Virus record (IMG/VR): IMGVR_UViG_2571042862_000006
Span: 1 to 44,464 of that record
Direction: 5' to 3' (one strand)
Length of the DNA: 44,464 bases
Source: a virus
Lineage: Duplodnaviria > Heunggongvirae > Uroviricota > Caudoviricetes
The notes below the pieces were generated by a model. It did no database searches. It was not told where the DNA came from and worked only from the letters and a program-made list of their open reading frames with translations. Below are positions 22,345 to 32,136 of the stretch, in pieces. Numbering within the stretch: position 1 is the first letter of the stretch; the number at the start of each line of letters is the position of its first letter. A program made the position numbers and the translations under genes.

Positions 22345-22882
22345 GTCTTACCCCCAATAAGGGGATTTGCTCTATTTAATTAGGAATAAGGTCGATTACT
22401 GATAGAACAAATCCAGGCTACTGTGTTTAGTAATCAGATTTGTTCGTGACCGATATGCACGGGCAAAACGGCATGAGGTTGTTAGCGCAACCTCCTGCCA
22501 CCCACTTTCACGAAGGTCATGTGTAGAAAGCCGCAGCATAACTATCACTGATGAATTCAGGATAGCCAGTGGCTACGGCCCAGTTTGGGTTGTGGCGGTC
22601 GGTGCTGAACTCCGACTTAATGACGATAGGCGTGTACCGACGCCTCGTTTTACTTCCTCCGCTTTCACGGCTTCACCCTAGACCAGCTTTACGAAATCCT
22701 CGTAAACCTAACCGCGGCAGATATGACCGGCACGGTGTGCCATATCACGGACCGGAGGGTGTCTCGTTCACCTGATTAACGCATCAGCCTGCGTATTCAC
22801 CACAACGATAAGAGCACTGCGCGGCACCTTTCACCAATTCCGCGAGGTCTGCGGGTTCAATGCTCTTACCTGTTGTGCAAAC

Positions 22883-22923
22883 AAAAAAGCCACCGTTGCA
22901 ACTTAAGAGTCACTAACGGCAGC
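22883..22923 (-). terminator. tR'-like rho-independent terminator downstream of Q
   Basis: Hairpin followed by TTTTTTGTTTGCACAACAGGTAAGAGCATTG, which matches the sequence after lambda tR'. Confidence 0.5.
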
Positions 22924-22933
22924 TTACCCTCTA

Positions 22934-22963
22934 ATTATGGCTAAATGGATAATTGCATGTCAA
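22934..22963 (-). promoter_or_regulatory. Candidate late promoter (pR'-like) overlapping the Q stop codon
   Basis: TTGACA, 18-bp spacer, CATAAT on the minus strand. Not verified; the transcript to the terminator would be only about 45 nt. Confidence 0.35.
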
Positions 22964-23459
22964 GGTTTTTAACAGCAACATGCTTAACTTTCTCAACACG
23001 TTTACGCATTTTGAAAGCATTTTGCATTGGTTGGTACAAAACAAATAATGACGCTTTCAGGATATCGTCAATTTCGTTTCTACAGGTTGCCAGTGAAGGT
23101 TTTCTCCATCCCTCGCCACCGCGTCCACACATCTTGCGTGGCTTTGCAGTCGCGTGATAGTAGGATGCAATTGCTCGCTTAGATGAACCATGAGCGTAGT
23201 AGCTGAGGAGGATGCCAAAGGCTTTCTTGTCAATGCACATGACAGAATCGACGACCTGAGAAATCAACATTCCATCATCATCATTGCACATTGGCCTTGT
23301 CATAACTCTTCCCGGCTCTACGCTCTCCATGAACTTCGCTATTACGCTGCTCATGCGCTTTTCCAGACGACCTGAATAAACCCATGCGCCCCACAGTTCA
23401 AGCCAGCCATTCAGCCACTCATGCTGTTCTTTGGTGAGGTTTAGTTCTCTTATGCCCAT
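22941..23459 (-). CDS. Q: Late-gene antiterminator Q (QuuD-like family, not lambda Q)
   Basis: Position directly upstream of the lysis cassette; blocks [11 protein letters not shown] and [16 protein letters not shown] resemble DLP12 QuuD-type Q proteins. Confidence 0.7.
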   Translation of the reverse strand: MGIRELNLTKEQHEWLNGWLELWGAWVYSGRLEKRMSSVIAKFMESVEPGRVMTRPMCNDDDGMLISQVVDSVMCIDKKAFGILLSYYAHGSSKRAIASYYHATAKPRKMCGRGGEGWRKPSLATCRNEIDDILKASLFVLYQPMQNAFKMRKRVEKVKHVAVKNLDMQLSI

Positions 23460-24121
23460 GCGCCTTCTCCCTGTACCTGAATCAATGTGAGGTTTCCGCA
23501 GAACACTGCGCCGGTATCGATATACATCTGGTTGGCAAACTTGAGTGGTTTCACTGCTGGCGTATGACCAAAGATGAACGTGTCCGCTCCTTTGATTTCT
23601 TTCACGATCCCGTCTTGTGAGTTGCTGATTCGTTCGCGGTTCCAGATTACCTGCTGATGATCAACTGACTTTCCAAACTCGTATTCGTTACAAGGATAAT
23701 CGGCGTGGCAAATGACATATTTTTTATCTTTGCTCACCAGCTCGATGATTAACGGAAGTTCATCTGCTTTATGGGCAAGAGCTTTAGCCAGAATTTCTTT
23801 GTCGTAATCGAGATTAAAGAACCAGCCACCGCCATTAAACAGCCAGTGATTGACGTTTCCACGCTCTGATAAGCCATCAATCATCATTTGCTCATGGTTT
23901 CCACGTACAGCTCGGAACCAGGGGAATGTGATTAATTCCAGACATTCGACGTTCTCTGTACCGCGATCTACCAAATCGCCAACCGAGATAAGCAGGTCTT
24001 TTTTGGTGTCGAATCCTATCGTCTCCAGTTTTTTCATCAGGTTCGTGTAGCATCCGTGCAGATCGCCAACTACCCAAATATTTCGGTATTTGCTGCCATC
24101 AATTCTTTCGTAATAGCGCAT
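23450..24121 (-). CDS. Ser/Thr protein phosphatase (lambda NinI-like)
   Basis: From [25 protein letters not shown] the sequence matches the lambda phosphatase, including GDLVDRG and GNHE metallophosphatase motifs. Confidence 0.85.
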   Translation of the reverse strand: MRYYERIDGSKYRNIWVVGDLHGCYTNLMKKLETIGFDTKKDLLISVGDLVDRGTENVECLELITFPWFRAVRGNHEQMMIDGLSERGNVNHWLFNGGGWFFNLDYDKEILAKALAHKADELPLIIELVSKDKKYVICHADYPCNEYEFGKSVDHQQVIWNRERISNSQDGIVKEIKGADTFIFGHTPAVKPLKFANQMYIDTGAVFCGNLTLIQVQGEGAWA

Positions 24122-24305
24122 CTCTTTCACTCCATCCGCGATGAACCATAAGAACGTCGTTGACGATGGCGTGCATTTTCCCGTCTTTATCATCAACGTA
24201 TTTTCTGACCGTACCGCGACTACATTTCAGTCTGCGTGCTACTTCTGTCTGGTTTCCGTATGCTTCAACGAGCATGTCTGGAATGGTTTTTACTGAGAAC
24301 GTCAT
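24099..24305 (-). CDS. ninH: NinH
   Basis: 68 aa, matches lambda NinH ([26 protein letters not shown]...). Confidence 0.85.
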   Translation of the reverse strand: MTFSVKTIPDMLVEAYGNQTEVARRLKCSRGTVRKYVDDKDGKMHAIVNDVLMVHRGWSERDALLRKN

Positions 24306-24913
24306 GCGGCCTCACTTCTGCTATTTCGCAGGTCTTTGAGTTTCTGTTGGTACTCTGCCTTGATCGCCTTGCACTCTTCGATAGTCCAGCGATGGCGGTT
24401 ATGGTTTGATTCGATTTCGTCTACTGCTTCCTGCCCGATGCGATTAATCAGTTCGACGCGATACGGAACGAGATTTCCGCTTTTGTGCTGGTTGCACACC
24501 ACGCATTGCTTGTGAATATTGCGTTCATCAAATCGGAGTTGAGGTGCCGCAGCAGTTGTCCGGTAATGTCCGGCATCCCACTGAGCAGACGTGAGCGTTC
24601 CGCACGAGATACATGGTAAGTCGCGGTCTCTTTCTCTGATGAAGGCGTTTACGGCTTGTTGGGCTTGTTTAATCCAGTAACTGCGGGGCTTTAAGGCGAG
24701 TTTTCGAATCTTAAGTTTATCTTTCTGTTTCTGCTCCTCTCGTCGTCGTTTCTTCTCTGCTGCTTTTTCCGCTTTTTCGCGTTCTTTGCTTCGTCGTTCG
24801 AGTGCTATCTTGGTTCCACACTCTGGAGAGCACCACCACTGATTAGCGAATGCAGGGTGAAACCATTCCCGGCATTCATCGTTTTTACATCGTCTTCGCG
24901 CTGGTTTAGCCAT
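24302..24913 (-). CDS. ninG: NinG (Rap-like recombination endonuclease)
   Basis: 203 aa with the Cys-rich N-terminus typical of lambda NinG ([12 protein letters not shown]...CSPEC). Confidence 0.85.
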   Translation of the reverse strand: MAKPARRRCKNDECREWFHPAFANQWWCSPECGTKIALERRSKEREKAEKAAEKKRRREEQKQKDKLKIRKLALKPRSYWIKQAQQAVNAFIRERDRDLPCISCGTLTSAQWDAGHYRTTAAAPQLRFDERNIHKQCVVCNQHKSGNLVPYRVELINRIGQEAVDEIESNHNRHRWTIEECKAIKAEYQQKLKDLRNSRSEAA

Positions 24914-25182
24914 TATGGTTCGCTCCAGTAATTCTCAATTGCAGCAGCCATTCTCTGCATCCACTCTGCCAGCTTTAACGCGGCTTCTCTTTCAGAACCA
25001 CATTTAGGGAAATCCTTCATTTCCATGCTGGCCTTATATGTTCTGAATGCCAGGTCTCCGGTAATAACCAGCTCCTGATCAAGCACAGAGCGTTTATTCC
25101 GGTGTTGAACGTAATAGACAGATTCAGTCCGCATTTCTTCTCTGTCTTTTTTGAAGGAAATAAGCTCAGAGAAATCACTCAT
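24913..25182 (-). CDS. Hypothetical protein, 89 aa, inserted between ninF and ninG
   Basis: ORF translationally coupled at both ends (ATGA overlaps); no family recognised. Confidence 0.45.
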   Translation of the reverse strand: MSDFSELISFKKDREEMRTESVYYVQHRNKRSVLDQELVITGDLAFRTYKASMEMKDFPKCGSEREAALKLAEWMQRMAAAIENYWSEP

Positions 25183-25351
25183 CGTCTTCTTCCTCGTACA
25201 TTGAGCTATTCGGATCGCTCATCAGTTCTGCGCAGCAGTGCTCACACACGTGAACTTCCAGCACATGCAGCTTCTTACCGCAGTTAGCGCACGTTAAAGC
25301 CCGCTCGACGCTTTCTTTCTGGTATTGAAGGGATTGGGATGGGCTAAGCAT
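25175..25351 (-). CDS. ninF: NinF (not in the ORF track because it is under 60 aa)
   Basis: Hand translation of the minus strand gives [58 protein letters not shown], matching lambda NinF. Confidence 0.7.
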   Translation of the reverse strand: MLSPSQSLQYQKESVERALTCANCGKKLHVLEVHVCEHCCAELMSDPNSSMYEEEDDE

Positions 25352-25716
25352 TATTGGATTCTCTGCATCATGAGAAAGACAATCATGGCGGCGCGGAGGG
25401 GATTTTCATGTATAGCTCGCTTAGATTTACAGTAGGCCACACCGCGTGCACCCCACTCGTCTTCATCGAGATTGATAATGCTAATCCTGTATTTTTCAAT
25501 AATCGGCCATGCGTCTGCTGGGTTTGCGCATGGGTTAAAGGATCCGCGCTCAACTTCTACTTCAACTGCGTCTCCGTTTACAATGTCTCCCTCAAATGAG
25601 ACAAACACCATATCGCCATTCTCACCTTCTTTGTAATCCGGTGATCCGTTATGAATGGCTTCGAATACCGCCACGTTAATTTCAAAATCACTTAACTGTG
25701 AATAATCCATTGTCAT
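25351..25716 (-). CDS. Hypothetical nin-region protein
   Basis: ORF with an acidic central region; start taken at the internal MTMDYSQL; no family recognised. Confidence 0.45.
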   Translation of the reverse strand: MTMDYSQLSDFEINVAVFEAIHNGSPDYKEGENGDMVFVSFEGDIVNGDAVEVEVERGSFNPCANPADAWPIIEKYRISIINLDEDEWGARGVAYCKSKRAIHENPLRAAMIVFLMMQRIQ

Positions 25717-25889
25717 TTCCTCGCACGATGTCTTAGCCACCGGATATCCCACAGGTGAGCCGTGTAATTGAAGGTTTTTACGTCAGATTCTTTTGGGATT
25801 GGCTTGCGTTTATTTCTGGAGCGCTTCGTTGGAAGGTATTTGCAGTTTTCGCAGATGATGTCGGTGATACTTCGTCGCTGTCGTCTCAT
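25713..25889 (-). CDS. ninE: NinE-like protein
   Basis: [36 protein letters not shown]... resembles lambda NinE; start overlaps the methyltransferase stop. Confidence 0.55.
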   Translation of the reverse strand: MRRQRRSITDIICENCKYLPTKRSRNKRKPIPKESDVKTFNYTAHLWDIRWLRHRARK

Positions 25890-26413
25890 GCCGCTCTCCT
25901 GACGCCCTGCCCGATCGCCATCAATGCCGCTTTGGATACGGTAGTAAACATCCGTCGAGGACTGATGAACGGTCGCCAAATCAGTAGCATGGAGCCTTTG
26001 CTGTTTCCCTTCTTCTCCAGCCCTGTCGATGGTTCGATAAAATTAATCCGTCCATCAGTGATAATGCGAACTTCGTCGACACTCTCCAGAGCCTTGCTGA
26101 ACCATCCGACTGACATATCCTCTGGCACAAGCATAACTACCGTCTGTCGCTGTTGTATGCACTGCTCAGCGGCTTTTTCCACCCACGGCCTGATATTGCT
26201 GTACGGTGGGTTATTCCAGATTGCACCGTGGCTTACCCACTCAGAATTGAGCGCGTCGTCGGCCTCAGTTAGCCAGTGAGCACACAGAGCATTTTTGTCG
26301 CTCGCTGCCGAATCCAGCCAGAATCCAAACTCAATATCCAGTGCATCAAAAAGCCAAAGCGGCGTTTGCCAGCAGTCCTTGTCGTGTGCTGGCGTATTTG
26401 ATTTGATAGTCAT
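25886..26413 (-). CDS. Orphan phage-type DNA N6-adenine methyltransferase
   Basis: Catalytic NPPY motif (IWNNPPYSN) and N-terminal [11 protein letters not shown] block; start ATG overlaps the NinB stop. Confidence 0.75.
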   Translation of the reverse strand: MTIKSNTPAHDKDCWQTPLWLFDALDIEFGFWLDSAASDKNALCAHWLTEADDALNSEWVSHGAIWNNPPYSNIRPWVEKAAEQCIQQRQTVVMLVPEDMSVGWFSKALESVDEVRIITDGRINFIEPSTGLEKKGNSKGSMLLIWRPFISPRRMFTTVSKAALMAIGQGVRRAA

Positions 26414-26850
26414 GCAGCCCGATCTCCCCATCGCGCTTTCCATTCGAGAGCCAGTCGCGCTTCGTCTGACCACTTAACGCCACGTTCTGTACCGAATGCC
26501 TGTATAAGCTCTAATAGCTCCGCAAATTCGCTTACACGCATCCTGCTGGTTGACTGGCCTATTACCACAAAGCCATTCCCGGCAAGGTTAGGAACAACAT
26601 CCTGCTGCTTTAATGCTGCGGTAAACACACACTTCCAGCTTTCTGCATCCAGCCAACGCCCATGCCATTCAACCTGACGAGAGACGTCACCTAAGCAGGC
26701 CCATAGCTTCCTGTTTTGGTCTAAGCTGCGGTTGCGTTCCTGAATGGTTACTACGATTGGTTTGGTTGGGTCTGGAAGGATTTGCTGTACTGCGTGAATA
26801 GCGTTTTGCTGATGTGCTGGAGATCGAATTTCAAAGGTTAGTTTTTTCAT
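26410..26850 (-). CDS. ninB: NinB (Orf-family recombination mediator)
   Basis: From MKKLTFEIRSPAHQQNAIHAVQQILPDPTKP the protein is near-identical to lambda NinB. Confidence 0.85.
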   Translation of the reverse strand: MKKLTFEIRSPAHQQNAIHAVQQILPDPTKPIVVTIQERNRSLDQNRKLWACLGDVSRQVEWHGRWLDAESWKCVFTAALKQQDVVPNLAGNGFVVIGQSTSRMRVSEFAELLELIQAFGTERGVKWSDEARLALEWKARWGDRAA

Positions 26851-26926
26851 GACTTCCCTCTCCCCCAAATAAAAAGGCCTGCGATTACCAGCAGGCCTGT
26901 TATTAGCTCAGTGATGTAGATGGTCA

Positions 26927-28378
26927 TCAGAATCCTCCTTTCTTCTTGGACTGCGGTTCCTCGCGTTCACGTCGGCGCATTTCAGCAGACTGTTGGTCTG
27001 TGTCATAAATAGCGCCATTTGCCTGAATGCAATACACCGTGCCGGTATTGCCATGACGATTGAGACGAAGGATCAGTTCGGTTTCACCAGGTGGAACACT
27101 GTCATCAAAAGCGCCTTCACGATGGATCCCAACCCAATAATCGCAATCCTGTTCAATCTGCCCTGTATCTCGTGAGTCACTTGGTAATGGGCGTTTATTG
27201 GTTCGGCTTTCCAGTGCGCGGTTAAGCTGTGTCAGAAGCACAACAACGCAATCAAGCTCTTTGGCAAGGTTCTTCAGTCCTTTGGTGATCATGCCGTAAG
27301 CAAGGTCGTTGCGATCGGCCTTCTCAGCGGTCATTAGTGTCAGGTAATCGACCAGAATCATGCCAACACATCCTTTTTCTCGCTTGATTCGACGGCTTTC
27401 GCTGACGATTTGAGCCAGAGATAATCCCGGCGTGTCGTCGATGTAAAGCATGTCGATTTCACTCAAGCGATTAGCTGTTTCGATCGCCCTGTTGAAGTCA
27501 CCATCGTAATCACCCTGATAGCCGTCATCAGCGTCATTTGTCGCCGGAAGGTAAAAAATATTCGGGTTAACACCTGACTTCTGTCCTACCAGTTTTTCCA
27601 GTATCTGGTCACCGGGCATTTCAAGGCTGAACATCAGAGCGGGCTTTTTCTCATGCACTGCGCAGTTGATTGCCATCTGGCTGTATAGCGTCGTTTTCCC
27701 CATCTTAGGGCGAGCGCCAATGACAAACAGAGAGCCTTTCACCAGACCTTTCGGTGACAGCATCCTGTCCAGCGATGGGATCCCTGTGCTCATTCCTCGT
27801 TGTTCGCCTGACGGGTCAAATCGCTTCTCAAGGTCGCTAACCCAGTCTTCCATGACCTCACCAAATGAGCGAAGGCCGCGACGCGATCCGGTTTTTGCAT
27901 GGTCTGTCAGTTGCGTGAAAATCGCCTGAATAGCTTCGTACTTCTGCGTTGCAGTCATTCCGTTGCGGGAATAGAGCAATTCCGTCGCTTCAGTCATGCG
28001 GTTGATGGCGTAGCGTTCCATTGCGGTTTCACGAACCTGCATTGCATAGGCAACGATGTTTGCTGCGCTTGGCGTGTTCTTTGCGATCTCAGCGATATAA
28101 GCAAAACCGCCAACAGACACCGTTAACGATTTACGCTCCAGTTCATCGAAAAGCGTCAGGCCATCTACTGGCTTTTGCTCACGGTGCATTCTGGTTATTT
28201 CTTCGAAAATGATTTTGTGTGGTCGGCTGTAAAATGAATCAGGCTTCAGCATCGCCAGGACTTTCTGGACGCGCTCACTGCTGTCATCATCCAGAAGCAA
28301 TCCACCAATCACCGCCTGCTCTGCCTCGATGCTATGGGGCGGCGCATAAAAATTATCGGTCATCGTGTTCACCCTCAC
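26927..28378 (-). CDS. Replicative DNA helicase, DnaB-like (P22 gene 12 analogue)
   Basis: DnaB N-terminal block PPHSIEAEQAVIGGLLLD; Walker A GARPKMGKTT; 483 aa. Confidence 0.85.
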   Translation of the reverse strand: MRVNTMTDNFYAPPHSIEAEQAVIGGLLLDDDSSERVQKVLAMLKPDSFYSRPHKIIFEEITRMHREQKPVDGLTLFDELERKSLTVSVGGFAYIAEIAKNTPSAANIVAYAMQVRETAMERYAINRMTEATELLYSRNGMTATQKYEAIQAIFTQLTDHAKTGSRRGLRSFGEVMEDWVSDLEKRFDPSGEQRGMSTGIPSLDRMLSPKGLVKGSLFVIGARPKMGKTTLYSQMAINCAVHEKKPALMFSLEMPGDQILEKLVGQKSGVNPNIFYLPATNDADDGYQGDYDGDFNRAIETANRLSEIDMLYIDDTPGLSLAQIVSESRRIKREKGCVGMILVDYLTLMTAEKADRNDLAYGMITKGLKNLAKELDCVVVLLTQLNRALESRTNKRPLPSDSRDTGQIEQDCDYWVGIHREGAFDDSVPPGETELILRLNRHGNTGTVYCIQANGAIYDTDQQSAEMRRREREEPQSKKKGGF

Positions 28379-29252
28379 GAACTTTCAGGTAGGTATTATC
28401 GTTAAGCAGGAAATCAAATCCCTTTTTGTGCCAGACGGTTCCGCGTTGATGGTTTGGACGCTCTTCGAACATCCATCGGCAATTTTCGCCTACGTAGCTC
28501 AAATAATTTCTCCAGTCCTGCATCGTGAACCCATGCCCGTCAAGCTGGCGGGTTATCACTCCGGCTTTGCGCCAGAACGTTCGGATCTGGTTTTTACGCT
28601 TGTCATTCAGTGCGCGGATTTTTGGCGCTTCAGGAAGGATTTCGTTGTAAGCATCGACAACATCCTGACAGCTGACGGGAGGTTTTTTCTTGTCAGACTT
28701 TTTGTCTGCTGTGGCACTCTCTAATACGTCAGTATTAGAGATAATATTATTATATTCTTTATCTGTGGTAATTTGCTGGTAATCTGCTGGTACAGTATTG
28801 CTTACAGGCATTGGTATTGCTGGCTTTGAGGTGGTAATTTGCTGGTAATCTGCTGGTACAAAATTTGACTGATAATCGTCATATTTCTCTACCGAGAAAA
28901 CTGAGAATTTACCGTGTGAAACCCAGTCAATCATGCCGAGTTTTTTGAACTTTCTAAGCAGGTACTGAACGCGATCTGGTTTGAGTCCTGTTTCAAACGC
29001 CAGAGAGTTTCTACCGCCAAGTAGCTTCCCTCTGCCTACCAGAATTTCTCCTGCGTCAGTCATTACATACTCAGGCGTATGCTTTGCTTTGAGGATTAAG
29101 TGAACCCACAGATGCGCTGCTTCTGCGTCCTTGTAAAACGGCACATCCATAATTTTACGGTGCAGCAAGGCATACCCCTTACCGCTGCTTTGATGCGGTT
29201 GTTGTAGCCTTCTGGCCTCTCTGGCTTCGGCTAGATTAGATATGTTACTCAT
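28353..29252 (-). CDS. Replication initiator (lambda O / P22 gene 18 analogue) containing the ori iterons
   Basis: Position between cII and the helicase gene; internal iterons plus an AT-rich tract; duplicated peptide PADYQQITT encoded by the iterons. Confidence 0.7.
   Translation of the reverse strand: MSNISNLAEAREARRLQQPHQSSGKGYALLHRKIMDVPFYKDAEAAHLWVHLILKAKHTPEYVMTDAGEILVGRGKLLGGRNSLAFETGLKPDRVQYLLRKFKKLGMIDWVSHGKFSVFSVEKYDDYQSNFVPADYQQITTSKPAIPMPVSNTVPADYQQITTDKEYNNIISNTDVLESATADKKSDKKKPPVSCQDVVDAYNEILPEAPKIRALNDKRKNQIRTFWRKAGVITRQLDGHGFTMQDWRNYLSYVGENCRWMFEERPNHQRGTVWHKKGFDFLLNDNTYLKVREGEHDDR
28765..28860. repeat. Replication-origin iterons: two 30-bp direct repeats, each holding two GCTGGTA(A/C) units, with an AT-rich tract at about 28736..28763
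   Basis: GTGGTAATTTGCTGGTAATCTGCTGGTACA occurs at about 28765 and 28831; lambda-like ori architecture (iterons then AT-rich region inside the initiator gene). Confidence 0.6.
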
Positions 29253-29391
29253 GACCTTTCTCCTTCTGCATCAGCTTCACCTTTTCCAACTCAGCCCGGA
29301 ATCGACCAGGCTGCTTGAAGCTGGACAGGAAGCGATCACGTAGTATGTGTTTGTGAATTTTGTCCTGGTAAGGACTGAGTTGTTTTGTCAT
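29245..29391 (-). CDS. Small ORF (about 48 aa) between cII and the initiator gene
   Basis: Hand-translated minus-strand ORF ([15 protein letters not shown]...) preceded by GGAG; stop overlaps the initiator start. Not in the ORF track. Confidence 0.3.
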   Translation of the reverse strand: MTKQLSPYQDKIHKHILRDRFLSSFKQPGRFRAELEKVKLMQKEKGHE

Positions 29392-29423
29392 AATTACTCC
29401 TGTGGATTGATCCAGTAATTCCC

Positions 29424-29720
29424 TCAGAATTGCATATCAATTTGCTTAAAATCCTCGGTGGCGGCCGGGGATTTTTTCTTTGTGATTTCATCAAGCGCAT
29501 ACTTAAAAGCCCTGCTAATCGGACTGATGTCTGATGCCATTCCGAAAGCACACAAGACCGAAGCAATAAATCTCCAGTCCGTTCTGCTTATCTTCGATTC
29601 ATGACAGCCAATCATCTTTGCCAGACCGCGCTGGGTAAGCGTCGACAGGTTGATGAGTAAATCAGTTTCAGCGCGATCAATTTCTCGCTGTGTTGGCTTG
29701 CTGTAGCTTGCTTGTGCCAT
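29424..29720 (-). CDS. cII: CII-like transcriptional activator
   Basis: 98 aa, position after cro; HTH segment and C-terminal ...[18 protein letters not shown] resemble lambda CII. Confidence 0.7.
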   Translation of the reverse strand: MAQASYSKPTQREIDRAETDLLINLSTLTQRGLAKMIGCHESKISRTDWRFIASVLCAFGMASDISPISRAFKYALDEITKKKSPAATEDFKQIDMQF

Positions 29721-29788
29721 TTGTTAATTTTCCTATATTGATATTGAGTTATAGCGGCACACCCAATGGATTTGCCGCTGATGTTTGC

Positions 29789-29828
29789 TCACCCGGTTAG
29801 AGGTGAAAGGCCATGACTGTTAAAGAGC
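29789..29828 (-). promoter_or_regulatory. nutR-like site: boxA (GCTCTTTAACA) plus boxB hairpin with loop CUAACC
   Basis: boxA is identical to the boxA upstream of N; the boxB-like hairpin shares the CTAACC loop with the nutL hairpin. Confidence 0.45.
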
Positions 29829-29837
29829 GGGTACTGC

Positions 29838-30056
29838 TTAGGCGGCTTTGTTACTGGATGGAGGGAAAACATCATCCAAAGAACATTGGCACCCTAACTT
29901 CCTGAGGCCTTCTACGATCATTCGGCAATCGTTAAGGCCAGGAGTACGGATATTCAGCTCATAGTTGGCGATGCGGGATTGCCCCCAACCAATTGCCGAA
30001 GCTAGTACAGCTTGCGAAACTCCGATTTTTTTTCGCTGCTGGGCAATTTTGTTCAT
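29838..30056 (-). CDS. cro: Cro-like HTH repressor
   Basis: Small HTH protein (QAVLASAIGWGQSRIANYE) divergent from cI; start at MNKIAQQRKK preceded by GGGAGA. Confidence 0.7.
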   Translation of the reverse strand: MNKIAQQRKKIGVSQAVLASAIGWGQSRIANYELNIRTPGLNDCRMIVEGLRKLGCQCSLDDVFPPSSNKAA

Positions 30057-30072
30057 TGCGGTCTCCCTAGCA

Positions 30073-30151
30073 TTAATCACACACCCATTACACACAATTT
30101 GTGATTAACAGTCAACCTCAATTCGTGTACAGAGTTCAATCACGTTGCGTG
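30073..30151. promoter_or_regulatory. OR operator / pR / pRM region
   Basis: Minus-strand pR: TTGACT, 17-bp spacer, TGTAAT. 11-bp dyads CACAATTTGTG (about 30093..30103) and CACGTTGCGTG (about 30141..30151); flanking 9-bp inverted repeat TTAATCACA / TGTGATTAA. Confidence 0.55.
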
Positions 30152-30164
30152 TTACATTTAAGGG

Positions 30165-30812
30165 ATGAAAACGATGCATGAAATTATCGGGGAAAGGATA
30201 AAGTCCCTTAGAGAAGCTAAAGGACTTAGCCAGGCTCAATTGGCCAAGCTTTGCGGCTGGGCTGCGCCTTCACGCCTGGGGAACTACGAGTTAGGAACAA
30301 GAAAGGTTAGCGCGGATGACGCGCTGGTTCTTGGGGCGGCACTCGGCGTATCTCCGGCAAAAATAATGTTTGGCGAGGATTCAGACGCCGTATTTCGCCA
30401 ATATGAATACCCGTTATTTTCTTCAGTGCAGGCCGGGCCATTTTCGGAGGTGGGAAGCTACACAGCCAGCGATGCAAAGGCATGGGTCCCAACGACCACA
30501 AAAGCCAGCGAAAAAGCTTTCTGGCTTGAGGTGAAGGGGCATTCAATGACGGCGCCTCAGGGGGTTCGTCCAAGTTTTCCGGAAGGCATGCTGATACTCG
30601 TTGATCCGGCTGAGCCGGTAGAGTCTGGGGATTTCTGCGTGGCTTCTGCAAATGGTGATTCAGAGGCAACGTTCAAGAAGTATGAGAAGGATGCAGGGGT
30701 TAGTTACCTGGTACCTTTAAACCCGGCATATAGAACCCTGGATTGCGACCATAGCTGCCGCATCATAGGCAAGGTAGTTAAGGCGCAGTGGCCTGAAGAG
30801 ACGTTTGGCTGA
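30165..30812 (+). CDS. cI: CI-type repressor (HTH plus S24 LexA-like autopeptidase domain)
   Basis: C-terminal domain resembles the P22 C2 repressor ([13 protein letters not shown]...EGMLILVDP...ATFKKY); N-terminal HTH; true start may be the second ATG at 30174. Confidence 0.85.
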   Translation: MKTMHEIIGERIKSLREAKGLSQAQLAKLCGWAAPSRLGNYELGTRKVSADDALVLGAALGVSPAKIMFGEDSDAVFRQYEYPLFSSVQAGPFSEVGSYTASDAKAWVPTTTKASEKAFWLEVKGHSMTAPQGVRPSFPEGMLILVDPAEPVESGDFCVASANGDSEATFKKYEKDAGVSYLVPLNPAYRTLDCDHSCRIIGKVVKAQWPEETFG

Positions 30813-30934
30813 TCGGCAAGGTGTTCTGGTCGGCGCATAGCTGGTAATCCAACTTTTCCCTGTTCTTTTTATGCAAATTAATCTAATGAAATTGAAAAGA
30901 TTTTTACCTATTTTGTTGGTTCAGGAGAACATAA

Positions 30935-31216
30935 GTGAGCGATAAACAAGAAGTTACCTTAGCACATATCAATGATGTGCTGGAGTCCAAAAATTATATT
31001 GAAACTAATGCTGATGGGGTTGTAACCATCGGAACGGATAACAATGGCTACGAAGTTTTTAACTTCGTTTTTCTCAATAGCACCCCTGTCATCGGCCATA
31101 TGAATGGCGAAATCGCAGTGGCAGGAATGCAGCGCACTAAGGTTGCGTCCGTGACTTTAAGTAAACAGAAGGCCTTCGATTTCTATCAGTCCTTGAAAAG
31201 CATGTTCGAGGAATAA
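30935..31216 (+). CDS. Hypothetical protein, 93 aa, first gene of the rex-position cassette
   Basis: GTG start preceded by AGGAGA; AT-rich; no family recognised. Confidence 0.55.
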   Translation: MSDKQEVTLAHINDVLESKNYIETNADGVVTIGTDNNGYEVFNFVFLNSTPVIGHMNGEIAVAGMQRTKVASVTLSKQKAFDFYQSLKSMFEE

Positions 31217-31222
31217 AAGCTG

Positions 31223-31774
31223 ATGAATGCAGCTCAATCATCTTTGGATGAGGGAAAGCTAGTAATTGCTTACTCTGATAAGAATGGCTCTACAGTAGGG
31301 CTGGAATTTTCTTCTGTAGCATCAAGCCAAGCAACGCTCTTGATGAAAGCTTGTTCTGTTGCTGCTTCAGATAAAGAAAAACGGATTGTCACATCGGTTG
31401 TGATGGATGATACTGAGATCATTCAAACAACAAGTGATGATGGAGGCGACGACATGGATAAGCGATTAGCAGTTCTTGAAGCTGAAGTTGCGCACATCAA
31501 GAGCAGCATGGCAGGAATTAAAGAGGATACCCGGAAAATATCTTCTGATTCTACTGACGCCAAAAGAGACACCGCTGTACTTTTACAGAAGAGCCTGGAT
31601 TTTGATGCTTCATTATCTAAGAAACCATCGGTTGACTACTTTGAAGCTAAATTTTCCGCTTTGGAAACCAAGATAGCAGATGTAAAAGTATGGATGCTCG
31701 GGGTTCTCCTGGCCTCGCTTGCTATGCCAACTATATTTTTCCTAATAAACTTGTACCTTAAGAAAGGTCAGTAA
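31223..31774 (+). CDS. Hypothetical membrane-anchored protein, 183 aa, second gene of the rex-position cassette
   Basis: Starts 6 nt after the upstream gene; predicted coiled-coil segment and a single C-terminal transmembrane helix (VWMLGVLLASLAMPTIFFLINLYL); followed by a terminator. Confidence 0.55.
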   Translation: MNAAQSSLDEGKLVIAYSDKNGSTVGLEFSSVASSQATLLMKACSVAASDKEKRIVTSVVMDDTEIIQTTSDDGGDDMDKRLAVLEAEVAHIKSSMAGIKEDTRKISSDSTDAKRDTAVLLQKSLDFDASLSKKPSVDYFEAKFSALETKIADVKVWMLGVLLASLAMPTIFFLINLYLKKGQ

Positions 31775-31783
31775 TTTAGCAAA

Positions 31784-31808
31784 TCCGGCCACCGAGCCGG
31801 GTTTTTTA
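31784..31808 (+). terminator. Rho-independent terminator ending the cI / rex-position operon
   Basis: Stem CCGGC / GCCGG with 6-nt loop followed by GTTTTTTATT. Confidence 0.6.
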
Positions 31809-32020
31809 TTGCCCGCCGATCACTATCAGGACAGCACCTTCCCGCCGGTCCAAACTATTGATTAAATTACTATAATTCTTAATACAACTCCCATATCCCG
31901 CCATCTCACCACCACCCCATTCGCTCGTTTTTCGAACTTTTCAGCACCCATCCTGCTGTTGCCACCGACTTAAGTAAGCAAAACCATCGCGGGTAAAACT
32001 ATTTACACAACAAAATCATA

Positions 32021-32088
32021 CACATAACGTGTCACACCTTTATTTTACACATTTTGTGATTGACCATTAAATCACAATATGTGACTAT
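32021..32088 (+). promoter_or_regulatory. OL operators and pL promoter
   Basis: Three 11-bp dyads CACATAACGTG, CACATTTTGTG, CACAATATGTG spaced about 25-27 bp; candidate pL TTGACC, 17-bp spacer, GACTAT. Confidence 0.5.
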
Positions 32089-32136
32089 CATTTCCATCAG
32101 CAGGACGCTGAGACGCCACAAGGAACAGATTGGCAG

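Noticed and set aside
22569-22775. Plus-strand 68-aa ORF in the region between Q and S
   Set aside because: It lies antisense in a region that matches lambda non-coding sequence on the minus strand and has no ribosome-binding site.
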